Shown: positions 24,250-37,654 of the stretch, one piece after another | Numbering within the stretch: position 1 is the stretch's first letter | How the letters are laid out: every line of letters begins with the position of its first letter | Assembly: GCA_051362555.1 (NCBI GenBank) | Contig: CM120642.1 | Coordinates: 15,872,001 to 15,936,000, forward strand | DNA length: 64,000 nucleotides | Direction: 5' to 3' | Source of the DNA: Lingula anatina | Taxonomy: Eukaryota > Animalia > Brachiopoda | The notes under the pieces: generated by a model | What the model was told of the DNA's origin: nothing | Seen by the model: only the letters and a program-made list of their open reading frames with translations | The model's database searches: none | Position numbers and translations under genes: made by a program

Positions 24250-27200
24250 CCCTTATGAAAATTTCCTATAGGATCCTATAGGATTCCTATAGGATCCTAT
24301 AGGATCCTATAGGAAATCTTATAGGATCCTATAGGGCACATTTCCTATAGGATTTCCTATAGGATCCTATAGGAAATTGTTGTAAGTTAAAATCTTGAGA
24401 AAAATGCATATTTTATAAACATATATCATTCTAAACAATAGATATTTGATATAGGTCCATTTTACCAGTTGAATTGTCAAATATATATCACTATTAAAGC
24501 AAAAATGCTTTTTATTGTTTATAATGCACAATCTTATAGTCTTCTATAGGATTCTATAGAAATTCTTTAATTTTTTTTTAAAGAATTTTTGAAAAAAATT
24601 GATCATTTTAAAGTAATCTTTTACAGAGAAATATTTTATCATTAGGAATGTTTTTGTACCAAATCACTGAAGCTGATTTTTTTTTTATTTATGTTCAGAC
24701 CATTACAAAAATTCCTATAGGATCCTATAGGATCCTATAAGATTTCCTATAGGATCTTATAGGATTTCCTATAGGATCCAATAAGATTTCCTATAGGATC
24801 CTATAGGATTTCCTATAGGAAATCTTATAGGAATTTCTATAGGAACCTATAGGAAATCCAAGGCTAATTCATATAGGGAATTTTTATAAGGCCGAAATAA
24901 TGAATCTGGTTTAAATATCAGTTTATGATTTTGGTTTTTAATTTATGTTCATACCATTAAAAAAAATTCTATAGGATTCTATAGGATGCTTTAGGAAATC
25001 TTAAAGGAATTTCTATAGGAACCTATATATAGGAAATCCTATGTTAATCCATTTTAATTGTGAATTTTTATAAGGCCAGGTTGAATGAAAAATAATGAAA
25101 CTGGTCTAAATATCAGTATATAATGTATTTTTACTTTTTGTGTGATCATATTCACTTCATATTTCATATTTATTGAAAGTCAACCTGATCTAATCAGACT
25201 GTACTTGACCTTGGCTGTTTTAAAAAGTGAAAGTGCAATCCTGCCTAATATATAAAATATAATGTAAAAGTAAGTGAACATTAAGGGTATAGTACTGCCC
25301 CTCATAAAGGATGGGGAACAAGGACAAATTAATGATTATAAAGATAAATTTTATGCTCAATCACTTGTAAGATTTAACAGTCAACTCAGGCCCGTAGCCA
25401 GGGGGGTTTGGGGGGTTCGAAAGAACCACCCCTTTTGCTGGAAAAAGGTCCACTCTGGGTAAAATTTGATCTAGGTACATGAAGTTTTTATGGGAAAAGG
25501 TCCACTTTTTCAGAAAAAGAACCCCCCTTTTGAAATTGCTGGCTACAGGCCTGCAACTGATGTTAGCTAGAGAATGCCCTACTCCACCAACCATAACCAT
25601 AGATTCAACAACTGTGAATTTCTTTTGTTAGCCTGGCACCTATTATTAGGTCACTACTCCTGTAGCTATTGTTACACTAGTAACAGTAACTGCCTATTAG
25701 GTGTTATCAGATGTGTGGTATCCTGTCTAAGTCTTTGTTTATATGAGGCAAGCAGCAAATGAGTATACAGCTATCAAGCCAGTTTAAATTCAGGAGCATA
25801 GTGGATGGGTACAGAGTGTAGAAAATTCAGATTGAGGAAGGTATGTATTACAGTAATGCATTGGATCATTTGGGCATCTAATCATATTGAAAATGAGATA
25901 ATTGATCTAATTTGTAGTGTACCTTGTAAACATCATATCTATATTACATTAAACAAGTTATAATTTATAAAGTATAGCTTCCCTTTTAGCCAACAAAGAA
26001 ATACTGTTTATTCTCTTTATTTCTTATAAAACTGTGATCAATTGCTCATCAAAATATTTCTATAAATGGAGTTGAATCTAAAAAAAATTACATTTCATTT
26101 AACTTTTGGTTTGTGATTTATTAAAAATTATCTATTAATGTTATCCACAACTGCCTCTAAGGAACCATCATGATATATAACTGAGAAAGACCTATGCTAA
26201 TAACTAACATACAATTTACATGTTAGAGAGGCTGTCAGGGCAAATTTCATTACCTCACATGTTCTTCAGGATCGTTTATTAATTTGCCAAGTTTTCTTTT
26301 CCTTTAATTTCTTTTCAACCCTAAATGTGAGGTAAACACCATAGTTTGTTTAAAAATATTTTTTGTTTACCTATACATATTGGAAATGAAATGTGCATTG
26401 TGAAAATCTGACCATTTTGCTTACACGGAAGCTATAAATTTTAACTTGGGGGTTGCTTTTTTTTGTGGTTTGGAATGATGATTTAAGTCAAGCAAAGACT
26501 GGTCAGAATATAGGGAATTACTGTTTACCCTCGGAAATTAGTTTTCCATGAATTTTTGAGACTTTTTTGGCCCTGACAGCTTTGTAATGGCCCAATTGCA
26601 TATTTAACCAGAGTAGAGTTTTCTCCACTGCTGATTTCTGCATTTTAAAATTCGTTTCTGATTGTTCCTGTGGGCTTGGTTCTATGAAATATGTTCAAGT
26701 TCTCAAAAATTTTTTTTTACAAATTATCGAGCTTTAATACCTTGTCTTTGAAAAAAAAACAGTTAATCAATAAAGGCTATGAATTGCTCAAAATAAAATT
26801 GGTGCAATGATTATTATTGATCTCATTAGAAAATTTTTCCTTCATCATTTTGCATTTTTGTAGACATGTACAATTAATTGAAATTCACAATGTCTTTCTT
26901 TCAGAAAGCGTCTGCAAATGGTTCAACACAACTTAGATGGAGTTTAAGAAGACTATCACAGTAAAGTTGAACAATGTGCAAAAGACTTTTGTCTGAAATT
27001 CTTCAATTATGAAGTGACTAAAGCAGTATGCTGACAATGTACACAATCTGGCCAAGGGAGGTTTTAGCCACTCATTCTGGCAGGAGTTCGAACGAACACA
27101 AGAAAAAGACAGTGACGCCACAGCTTGACAAGACATATTGGATCCTTGTGATAACTTATAGAACTTATAATTCAAACGCAGGAGCAGCATCGTTAAATTT

Positions 27201-27766
27201 GCAAAAATCTATGAAACAATTCTCTAGTAAGCTGGTTGCATACCATACTGTGGAATATGTACATTTAAAATTTTTTATATATTGAATAAAGAATGTAAAC
27301 ATGATACTCTCTTTTGTTTTGGGGGACCAGTGCCTATAACCAATTTTCCAAAGTTCCAACAATATATAAAAAGCTGTAAAAATTTTCAAAGCAGTTAATA
27401 TAAATTTCTATAGGTTCCTATAAGATTTCCTATAGGATCCTATAAGATTTCCTATAGGATCCTATAGTATTTCCTATAGGATTTCCTATAAGATCCTATA
27501 AGATTTCCTATAGGATTTCCTATAGGATCCTATAAGATTTCCTATAGGATTTCCTATAGGATCCTATAGGAAATCCTATAGGAAATCTTATAGGATCCTA
27601 TAGGAAATCCTATAGGATCCTATAGGAAAAAGGGACAATTTCCTATAGGATCCTATAGGAATTCCTATAGGATCCTATAGGAAATCCTATAGGAAATCTT
27701 ATAGGATCCTATAGGATTTCCTATAGGATATCCTATAGGGAATCCTATAGGAAATTTTCGTAAGGG
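24250..27766. mobile_element. 3.5-kb non-autonomous CMC/EnSpm(CACTA)-like DNA transposon with CCTATAGG subterminal arrays
   Basis: TIRs CCCTTATGAAAATTTCCTATAGG / CCTATAGGAAATTTTCGTAAGGG, 2-bp TSD AA, dozens of palindromic CCTATAGGA units near both ends, no transposase ORF. Confidence 0.85.
25387..25553 (+). mobile_element. 167-bp MITE with 5-bp TSD, nested in the EnSpm-like element
   Basis: TIRs CAGGCCCGTAGCCAG / CTGGCTACAGGCCTG, TSD CAACT; second copy at 55802-55970. Confidence 0.9.
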
Positions 27767-29083
27767 AATTTATGGAATTCTATAGAAATGTGCACATACC
27801 TATGTTGATTTTTATCAAATAAATTATTTTCTCAGAGTTTTCCACACTCTAATTACCCATTTTATTCATATATGTCAGATAGCAAACAAGTTCCCATGGA
27901 CTTTTTGAAAAAATCCAAGATAGCTGTCATATGCCATACAAACAGCCATAGAAATACTAGTGCACAACTAATACCAGCTAGAAAGTCTGTTTCTCAGATT
28001 TTTGTTACCCACATAATATGTTTGTGGTGAGTAACTACGAAGTGTTCTTGGGCATTTCGGAAAATCCAAGATGGCTGCCATGTGCCACAGGAATTCTAGT
28101 GTACGGGGGATTCAACTAATGGCAACTGGAAAGATTAATTTTCCAATATCAAATTAAGTTTGTTTCTGGGTGTTTTCCACATCCTTTCCACCACACAATA
28201 TGTATGTGGTGAATAACTAACATGTATTCCTGGGCATTTTGAGAAAATCCAAGATGGCCGCCATATGTCATAGCAAAACTTCTAGTGTTACAAAGGGTTG
28301 GAACTAATGCCAGCTAATTCACTATCAAATTCAGTTTATTTATTTTTTTTGTGTTTTACACATAATTATTACACTGTGATAGATATCTAGCAGGTAATAA
28401 ATGTGCATATTTGAGCATTTTGAGAAAATCCAAGATGGCCGTCATTGGCCATAGGAATACTACTGGAATTACAACTGCACATCCATGGCTTTTCATCTAC
28501 TACCAGGGTGAAATTGTGTTTGCTTATCAAGTTTTGCCCATCCTTATTAGTCCTATGATATATATCTGGTGGGTAAATAGTGTACATCCTTGGATATTCT
28601 GAGAAAATCCAAGATAGCTACAAATTGACATAGGAATACAAATAAGTGGGTTTCAATTGCTTATTGATGAGAGAACTTAATCGTATTTAGAAAAAAAAAT
28701 CCATCCTGCAAAAAATATATATATATATGCATACTTTAACACTAAGTTATAGTGCTGTAATGTATAATTTCAATCACTGTATATAATTGCCGTTCATACT
28801 CTTTCTCAAATAATGAGAACTGAATTGCCTGAGTGTTTTCTAGTTTCATCGTGGTCAACAGATGTCTAATTTTAAATTACATGCAAAGTTGGTCTTTATG
28901 TTTGTATGTTTCATAAAACATACTTAAAACCGCCTGATTTCAATGGAATTTCAAATAGTCAATATAGCAAATTTACGTACGTGTAAATACTGCACTAATC
29001 CACGCAAAAGAAAGAGAGCTGGACCAAGAATTTCCCTTTTTTTCTTTTTGATTTTAAGACACTGAAAGAAAAATAAAACATAC

Positions 29084-29214
29084 CTTCGAACCTTCACCTT
29101 TTGAGTTTTCCGTTTGCTGGCAGAGGAAAGAAGCCTCATCTCTGGCGAAGGCATCGTCCACATTGATAATGGACAGAAAAGAAAATGGGTCGAAGTCAAA
29201 ACTGAATACATCTG
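29084..29214 (-). CDS. Receptor copy B, exon 2 (131 nt)
   Basis: TTTCAG|CA acceptor, AAG|GTATGT donor; in frame, one codon longer than in A. Confidence 0.85.
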
Positions 29215-29443
29215 CTGAAATATCAACACAATCTATATTGAAAAAGATGACGCGTTTTCTCCGTCGTTTTTATAGTTATTATCATGAATTGAAAGTGAAA
29301 GCAGCTTGGTACTAAGAATTAACACATGTTCGTCGTTGAGTTATATTTATTTTAAGGTCTTGAAAATTAATTCTTCACACATTTATCTTAAATTCTATTA
29401 ATGCAGTTATGTAATGTAACAGGAGACAAATAGATTTACTTAC

Positions 29444-30629
29444 GTTCTATGGGACAAATGTTCGCTGCATTGTAAAATAATGGCGAATTACATGACAGGC
29501 AAAAGAAATTCTTATATTTGACACCTAATGACACCGCAAAGTTGCTCGGGCTTTCAATGCACAATAGTCGCAAAGTTTCATAGGGTATTCCCGTTTCCGC
29601 CCATTCCACCGACATGCTACGATTACTGGTTGGGCATTTAGCCCATCTGAAATAGGGTTTACCGCAAGGATGTGACACTGCCAGTCTTGGCGCAGAAAAA
29701 TAAATGAAGCAATCTGGGATCCTTAGCGCTTTTGTTATCACCTCATCGGCTGTTGATGAATTAAGGATATAGTGCGAGCTGTCTGTTCCGCAATTTATTG
29801 CCGGTTTCCAAGCTTCATATTGTGTAATATTGTGGCACCTTGCGCAGTAGACGTTCTTGAACGTCAGTTGAACATTCCTGGCGTAAACTGGGGTAGCCCG
29901 CAATGTGATATCTTCCGTTACATTGCCATCTCTTTCGCATTTTTCTTTTGTTATGTCATCTGGCCAGTGACTCGGACATGACGTTACAAACCAGAAATGA
30001 TCCTTGTTTTCATCTGGTAGCTTCAGCGGACGACGTACGCAGCTCACTTGGTCCATTGTCATGTTAACATCAGCGTCAGGTCTCATGTCAATGAAGTCAC
30101 ATTGACTTTGTGGCCAGCAACAATCCTCAAACAATTCACATAATTTGCCACACGAACAATGCACTGTGACGAACCAGTGAAGTTTTTCATTCACAAGGCA
30201 AGCAGGGGTGTTCGGCTTGGGAAGTTGCAAGTTCGAAATGTTGGCGATCGTTCCAGCTAAGTCAAAGGACTCCTTTTTACTGTCTGTGACATTAGTGTTG
30301 TAAAGGCGGGCTGTTGATGTGGTGTCTTCAGCATTTAACAAATGTCTCCCGACATGTGCTGGGCTGTTCGAAAATTCACTGACTCCAACTACCTGTGTTT
30401 TGGTTCGTTGCAACCTCATGGCCTGCCAAATGTCGACGCGTCTTTTACAGTTGGGTCCCAATGCTTGCTCAGATTCATTATGACTAGCATCTTGCTTGGT
30501 GATCAGATCTTTGAGTTTTTCCTTATCCGATGCCGGCAGCATTGATCGTACATCTAACTTGTTTGCGTTTTTTTTCAGCGCAGAGGAAGATCCGTGTAAA
30601 AGTAACAGAAACAGGCAAACGCGGAGCAT
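29444..30629 (-). CDS. Receptor copy B, exon 1 (whole protein 976 aa)
   Basis: Same length (1186 nt) and cysteine pattern as A; donor C|GTAAGT. Confidence 0.9.
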
Positions 30630-33600
30630 GGTGTTCTATTCAATAAATGTGCCTTGAAATTGTCAACATCTATGAAAAAGGTGAGCCTTCACCCACTCGA
30701 GTTTTCTCTAACAAGTCCTTTTCACTTTCATGCCTGTGGACTTTCTTAGCTACTCTTATATGTACGACTGGTATTTATACTAAAAAACCAAATTGACAGA
30801 AGGAAGACACGCCTTAAAATTTGTTTTTGAACTAAATTTCAATAGGAGGAATTAACCAACCAATACCAATACTTTTTTAGAGGTCATAAATACCGCTGCT
30901 CTGCATAACATGCCAAGCAAGGTGTGTACATGTAAGTTGGACTGCAGGAATGAAAGGAATGGAATGGAAGTGTTCCAACTTTTATCTTGGACTGTCAAAT
31001 CTCAAGGTTTGTGTCTAAAAAGTCCTCAACTTATACTCAAAGGTTTTAATGAATTTGAATGAATAGCATCTCCCTCCATTTTTTAAAAAGTATTTATCAA
31101 AATTTGCTATGTTAAGTAAGAATATATACTCCTGGGCTTACTTTTATAAGAATAGCAACAATTTCCCTAATGTTTTATGTACTCATGGATAATCGTAGCA
31201 CATAACTGTATCAAATATTGAACTCAGATTTTTGTTTCAAGTTACAAATACTACAAATACAAATACAAGTTACAAATACTTTCGGCAATATTTGTGATTA
31301 ATGAAAGTGAATATCAAAGTCGATTGTGTCATTTTGGTATCATAAATACACCTTTTTTGAGAATTATATCGTTCTTTACAGATTAAAATCTATTTTTAAC
31401 AAAGAAACAAATCAAACTGTTCTAACACTTCCAAATATGATGCAAAAGAACACTAATGATTGTAAGTAGATATTTGTAATAAGGTGAAAAATACAAGGCT
31501 ACTGGAGTTTTATTTATTTTAAAGTTATGTCATTCTTCCAATGTTTCATTTTTGTGATGCTCAAGCTAGCATGTTGACCTAACAAATGTGCGAAAATGAC
31601 GTATAAACCATGTATGTTTGGACAGAAAGTGTGATGGATCCAAGGGGATTTCAGTCAGAACAGTGTAAAATGTGGTGATTGCAAAGCAGCAAATTTGGTA
31701 TCAGGTCAAAAATGAAAAAATTTATAGTTTGAAGGTAATGTTCAAATTCCATCGAAGTGAAAGCCTCATTATCAATTATTTGCCATATCACCTTCCAAAC
31801 TTGCATAACTAACAAAGAAGGAGTTGCTTTCAAGCCTCTTGTTAATTTTTGTATATATAATGAGCGAAGGGTGTTACTTCCCTGATAATAACCTATCTGT
31901 AGGGAAATCAAAACAAATGACATCAAATAGCTTTAAGAGAATTCTAATTCCACCGGTGAGAAGGAAAGCACTCATTATTTGTGGATAATTTCACACAAAT
32001 GACATTCCACATTGCGTGCACAGTTGTTTACGTGCCTTTTTGCCTTTATCTGGCACTAAATATTTTCCATTTAAATATAATTTTTGCACCACCTATCTTC
32101 CCTGATGATATCCAATTTACAAAGGAAATAGTATTAAATCACTTAAATAGAGATCTAATTCCATCGATGATAAGAAAAACACCTTTTAGGATTTGGCGAT
32201 TTCGGACAAAAGACGTTATTTTCAAAACTTGCAAAGGTGATTGAAGATAATAGTCGTGTAGCAAAGAAAAAATCCTATCACGCACAGATGTTTTACATGC
32301 ACTAAAGAAAGTGTGGTAATACTGTATCTTAGTTGGTACAGCATTTTTATTGTCTTTATTTCCACAAAGCAAGTATTTAGATATCTTAATAATTTGGTGT
32401 GACAATTTAAAAACAAGTTAAACTGTCAGTTTACATGCAACAATGTTGAATTCTGCTCAAGGCTGGTCTAGACTATTAGTACCTAAGCTAATCGGACACT
32501 GTAAGTCTTGCGAATTATATTTTTTGTAAAGAAGTAGTTTACCAAAAGAAAGGTGATAGTCTAAACAGTTATGAAAAGGGTGAGTAGTTTTGGAAGGATG
32601 ATAAAAATAATAAATTACTGAAGTTTCCAGACAATTCATTTTTTTCATCCAGGTATCCCTTTGAAGAAATTACTGGCCCTTTCATTTCCCTCTTTCTTGA
32701 CGTTGCCTGCATTTAATCAAGTTGCATCCCCAGATAAAAGTTGGGTAAACTGATTTAATCATCCATCCATGTATTCCTTTGATGAATTAACTGTCATTTT
32801 TCATTTTCCTTCATTTCCCAATCACAAAAAGAAAACTTTTATTCCCTGGGCATTGTCAACTTCAAAGTAATTTGATGATTTTCCTTAATACACCTAAAGT
32901 TTCAAAATGTTCAATTTTTTAAAATGTTTTTCTTAGAATTACCATTTAAGTATTATAAATGAAGTATCCTGTTCCAACTAATCTATTGGTTTTCCATATG
33001 ATCTTCCAAACTTACGTGACTAACAAAGGAGTTTCTTTCAAGCCCCCTGTTAATTTTTAATATAATGAGCAAAGGATGTTACTTTCCTGATAATAACCTA
33101 TCTGTAGGTGAATCGAAATAAATGCCATCAAATAGCTTTAAAGGAGTTTCAGTTCCACCGGTGAGAAAGAAAGCACTCATTATTTGTGGATAATTTCACA
33201 CAAACGACTTTCCACATTGCGTGCAGAACAAAGATAGGGTTGCTTACGAGCCCTTTTGCACTCAACACTATTTATTTTTCATTTACATTTAATTTTTGGA
33301 CAACATTTCTTACCTGATGATATCCAATCTACAAAGGAAATTGAATTAAATGACTTTAATAGATATCTAATTCCATCGATGAGAAGAAAAACGCCTTTCA
33401 GGATTTGGCGATTTCGGACAAAAGACGTTATTTTCAAAACTTGCAAAGGTGATCGAAGATAAGAGTCGGGTAGAAAATAAAAAAAAAACTCTATCACGCA
33501 CAGATGTTTTACATGCACTAAAGCAAGTGTGGCGATACTATATCTTAGTTGGTTCAGCATCTTTATTGTCTTTTTTTCCACAAAGCAAGTATTTAGATAT

Positions 33601-35557
33601 CTTAATAATTTGGTTTAACAATTGAAAAACAAGTTAAACTGTCAATTGATTTTTACATGCAACAAGGCTGGTCTGGGTTTTAGTATCTTAGCTAATCAGA
33701 CACTGTAAGTCTTACGAATAATATTTTTGTAAAGAAGTAGTTTACAAAATAAAGGTGATAGTCTCAACAGTTATGAAAAGGGTAAGTAGTTTTGGTAGGG
33801 TGGCAAGAAAAAGAAATTACCGAAGTTTCCAGAAAATTCTTTTTTTTTCATACAGGTATCCCTTTGATGAACTCACTGACCCTTTCATTTACCCCTTTCA
33901 TCACGCTGCCTGCATTTAATCAAGTTGCATCCCCAGGTAAAAGTGGGGTAAACTGATTTAATTATTTATCCGTGTATTCTTTTGATGAATTAATTGTCAT
34001 TTTTCATTTTTTCTCCATCACCAATAACAAATAAAAAATTATTCCCCGGGCATTTTCAACTTTTAAGAAATTGATGATTTTACTTAATACACCCAAAAAT
34101 TTAATTCTAATGCAGTGCTTGAAAATGTATTGCGAAAAAAATTCAAAATGTTCAATTTTTTACGTTTTACTTAGAATTACCATTTTAGTATTTGAAAAGA
34201 AACATCTTGTTCCAACTAGTCGATTGGTTTGCCATATGTTCTTGCAAACTTGCTTAACTAACAATGGAGTTGCTTTCAAGCCTCTTGTTATTTTTTTTTA
34301 TATAATGATCGAAGGATTTTACTTTCTTGATAATAACCTATCGGTAGAGAAATCGAAACAAATGACATCAAATAGGTTAAAGAGATTTTTAATCTCACCG
34401 GTGAGAAGGAAAGCACTCATTATTTGTGGATAATTTCACACAAGTGACGTACCACATTGCGTGCAGAGCAAAGATGGGGTTGTTTGCGAGTCTTTTTGCC
34501 TTCATCTGGCACTAATTATTTTCCTTTTAAATATAATTTTTGAACAATCTTTCTTGCCTGATGATATCCAATCTACAAAGGAAATGGTATTAAATAACTT
34601 TAATAGATATTTAATTCCATCGATGATAAGAAAAACACCTTTTAGGATTTAACGATTTCGGACAGAAGACATTATTTTCAAAATTTGCAAAGGTGATTGA
34701 AAATAATAGTCTGGTAGCAAAGAAAAAACTCTATAACGCACAAATGTTTTACATGCACAAAAGAAATTGTGGTTATACTGTATCTTAGTTGTTACAGCAC
34801 CTTTATTGTTTTTTTTTCCACAAAGCAAGTATTTAGATATCTTAATAATTTGGTGTAACAATTGAAAAACAAATTAAACTGTCAGTTGATTTTTACATGC
34901 ATTTGCAACAATGTTGAATTCTGCTCAAGGCTGGTCTAGGCCATTAGTATCTAAAGTAATCAGACACTGTTAGCCTTGCGAATCAACTTATTGTAAAGAA
35001 GTAGTTTACCAAAAGAAAGGTGATAGTCTCAACAGTTATGAAAAGGGTAAGTAGTTTTGGTGGGATGATGAGAAGAAGAAATTACTGAAGTTTCCAGAAA
35101 ATTCATTTTTTCATACAGGTATCCCTTTGATGAACTCACTGACCCTTTCATGTCCCTCTTTCATCACGTTGCCTGCATTTAATCAAGTTGCATCCCCAGG
35201 TACCTGTAAAAGTGGGGTAAACTGATTAAATCATTCATCCATGTATTCCTTTGATGAATTAACTGTCATTTTTCTTTTTTTTCTCCATTTCCCAAATAAC
35301 AAAAAAAAAAAAAAAAAAACTTTTATTCCCTGGGCATTGTCAACTTTTAAGTAATTTGATGATTTTACTTAAAACACCTAAAAATTTAATTCTAATGCAA
35401 TGCTTAAAAATGTATTTCAAAAATATTTCTAAATCCTCAATTATTGAACGTTTTGCTTAGAATTACCATTTTAGTATTATAAATGAAGCATCCTGTTCCA
35501 ACTAATTGATTGGTTTGCCATATGTTCTTGCAAACTTACTTAACTAACAAAGGATTT

Positions 35558-37654
35558 CGGCTGTTTCACAATCAGGGTGAACAATTAATTGTGGTTAATG
35601 TTACAAGTGTCTGATAAATTAACAATTCATGATTGGAGATTGCGGATAGACTTATATCAAAGACACTGTTCATAGGAGCAAAATAAAAAAAAGAATTATA
35701 ATAATCGTATTAAAATTTACAAAAATTAAGCCCATTATGTGTTCAAAAACTACCTATTTTTAGCTGTTACGGTGGGTCATTTGCAATTAAGGTCATAAAG
35801 ATGATGCACTAGCTCTTTATATCAATGATTTATGGTGAATATGATATTGGTATATAATTCCCACAACATGTCTCTTCTCTTCTAGCAGGTTCTTCCAAAG
35901 ATATGTTCTGAGAAAAAAATATATTTTAACCATTTTGCTGAAACGGGCTTTGATAAACATTTTACTTATTTTTGTTAATGCAATGAAAAACATGTTTGAT
36001 AAGGCCAAATATTACTTTGAAATCACCTACGTGATAATAAGATGAATTTACCATATGACTTAAACATAATAAAGGAGTTATGCTTATGTAACCATTATTA
36101 TTAATGCTATGGTATTTATAATCATGAGCCCCTTGGTGTCTCCTACTTTTTGTAGTGTCCATACCCCCCCCCCCCCCATCTGTTTTATTTAGGAATCACA
36201 GCATATTCTGTCTGATTTTATTATTCTATAATGTCTACACTGATATTTATTTTGCAGGAAGAAAATAGCACATAACCCCTTATTATGAAAAGATATGCAA
36301 GAATTTGTGCCAAGTTTAGTGTCCGTACCCCTACTGTAGTGTCCGTACCCCCAAGTTATGCATTAACCATTGGATAACTGGCTACTTATCGATGATGATA
36401 AAACTTCAAAATATGGTACAAAATATTGTTTTAGATTGTATAAAATGCATTCATGTCTTATGATGCTTAGAAAAAACATTGTATATAAATATATATTCGA
36501 TAAAGTGATACTGATTAATTAGAGTCAGGCAAGAGATTTTGCAAAGAAATAATATCAGTAAAGATGCTTCTCTTTGCATTCAAAATGAACAATATTGTTT
36601 TGAATATATTTCCAAATATAGCTTATTGCAAAATAATAAACTGTATATGCATTAATATTCTATGATTAACTATGATATATTTTGAGGGGGTACGAACACT
36701 TCAATACATGCATAATTAACAGCACATTTATTATACTCTCAGTGAATGACGTATCAAATATGGATGACAATAAACAAAAAGCCAAATAGGAAAAGAAAAA
36801 GGGATCCTGAAAATTTTACTGTCAGCAAAAAATAATTAAAAAAAAAAAGACGTCAAAGAGCTAAAATCCGTAAAGATGCTAATAATCTTGCTGAATCACG
36901 TAAGGAAGACGTTGAATGCATGTTACATAGCAGAGAAGAAAAAAAAAATGAAGAATCATCCTAGGCTGGCCCAGCAAGAAAGATTAAAGTAAAGAGAAGA
37001 AATTAGGGCATACTGACAGAGAGTCAAGGAGAAGCAGAAACCCAACAATCCTGAAAACAGTGGAACAAGAGGTGCAAATTAACGAGAGATGAAAAAGAAG
37101 GAAAGACTCCAAAAACCGGGAATCAAGACTGAAACAAACAAACAAACCAACAAACAAAAATGAATAAATAAAAAAGGTCAAGCAACAGAAAGAAAACTTT
37201 ATATTAAGGTCTGGTGAATGAAAGTCAAACTGAATGACACACAACCAAGCTCCAGCATCCACTGAAAAACGTGCTGTGGTGTTTCTCTAAAAAAACTCTT
37301 TGATTAATGCATGTACTTGTATCCTTTTGGTTAAAATACTGCTGTTATATCTTTATTTTGATAATTTTTAGAATTTTGGCAAAAATAAATGGTAAACAAT
37401 ATGATATTTCAGTTACAAAAGTATCAGTTACTTGAATGTGTAGTGTCCGCACCCCCAGATCATAGTCTAAGGGGCGTTCTGTTAATTTGAGCGTAGCACA
37501 AAAAGTAATTAATAATTAATATTGTTCTAAAAATTGTGGATATCATAGTTAAGATGTTATTCTTTTTATCTGTTGCAAAATTAAACAAATGCATCAGAGT
37601 TCATTTTTCTCTCAATGTGACCCCTATTTTGTACCCCTGATCGTGAAACAGCCG
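35558..37654. mobile_element. 2.1-kb non-autonomous TIR DNA transposon, superfamily unassigned
   Basis: TIRs CGGCTGTTTCACAATCAGGG and revcomp CGGCTGTTTCACGATCAGGG, TTT on both flanks; neighbouring repeat units show the empty site; internal TAGTGTCCGTACCCC repeats. Confidence 0.85.

Larger units (their letters stand above)
24113..28660. mobile_element. Composite 4.5-kb insertion in intron 2 of copy B; outer part is a degenerate ~180-bp repeat array
   Basis: Absent from the A intron; GAAAATCCAAGATGGCCGCC-like motif at ~24229, 27910, 28061, 28244, 28424 and 28603; interrupted by nested transposons. Confidence 0.7.

Noticed and set aside
27408-27752. CCTATAGG arrays as a CRISPR-like or telomeric repeat
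   Set aside because: No unique spacers and no cas genes, in a eukaryotic context; the arrays are explained as transposon subterminal repeats.
32139-32405. ILKGVFLIIDGI as a NACHT/NTPase Walker B motif
   Set aside because: No Walker A, the acidic residues after DG are missing, and frames differ and are interrupted between units.
34557-34595. CTGATGA...GAAA in each 1.2-kb unit as tandem hammerheads (retrozyme)
   Set aside because: The intervening TATCCAATCTACAAAG cannot form a closing stem II, and no stem I or III is present.
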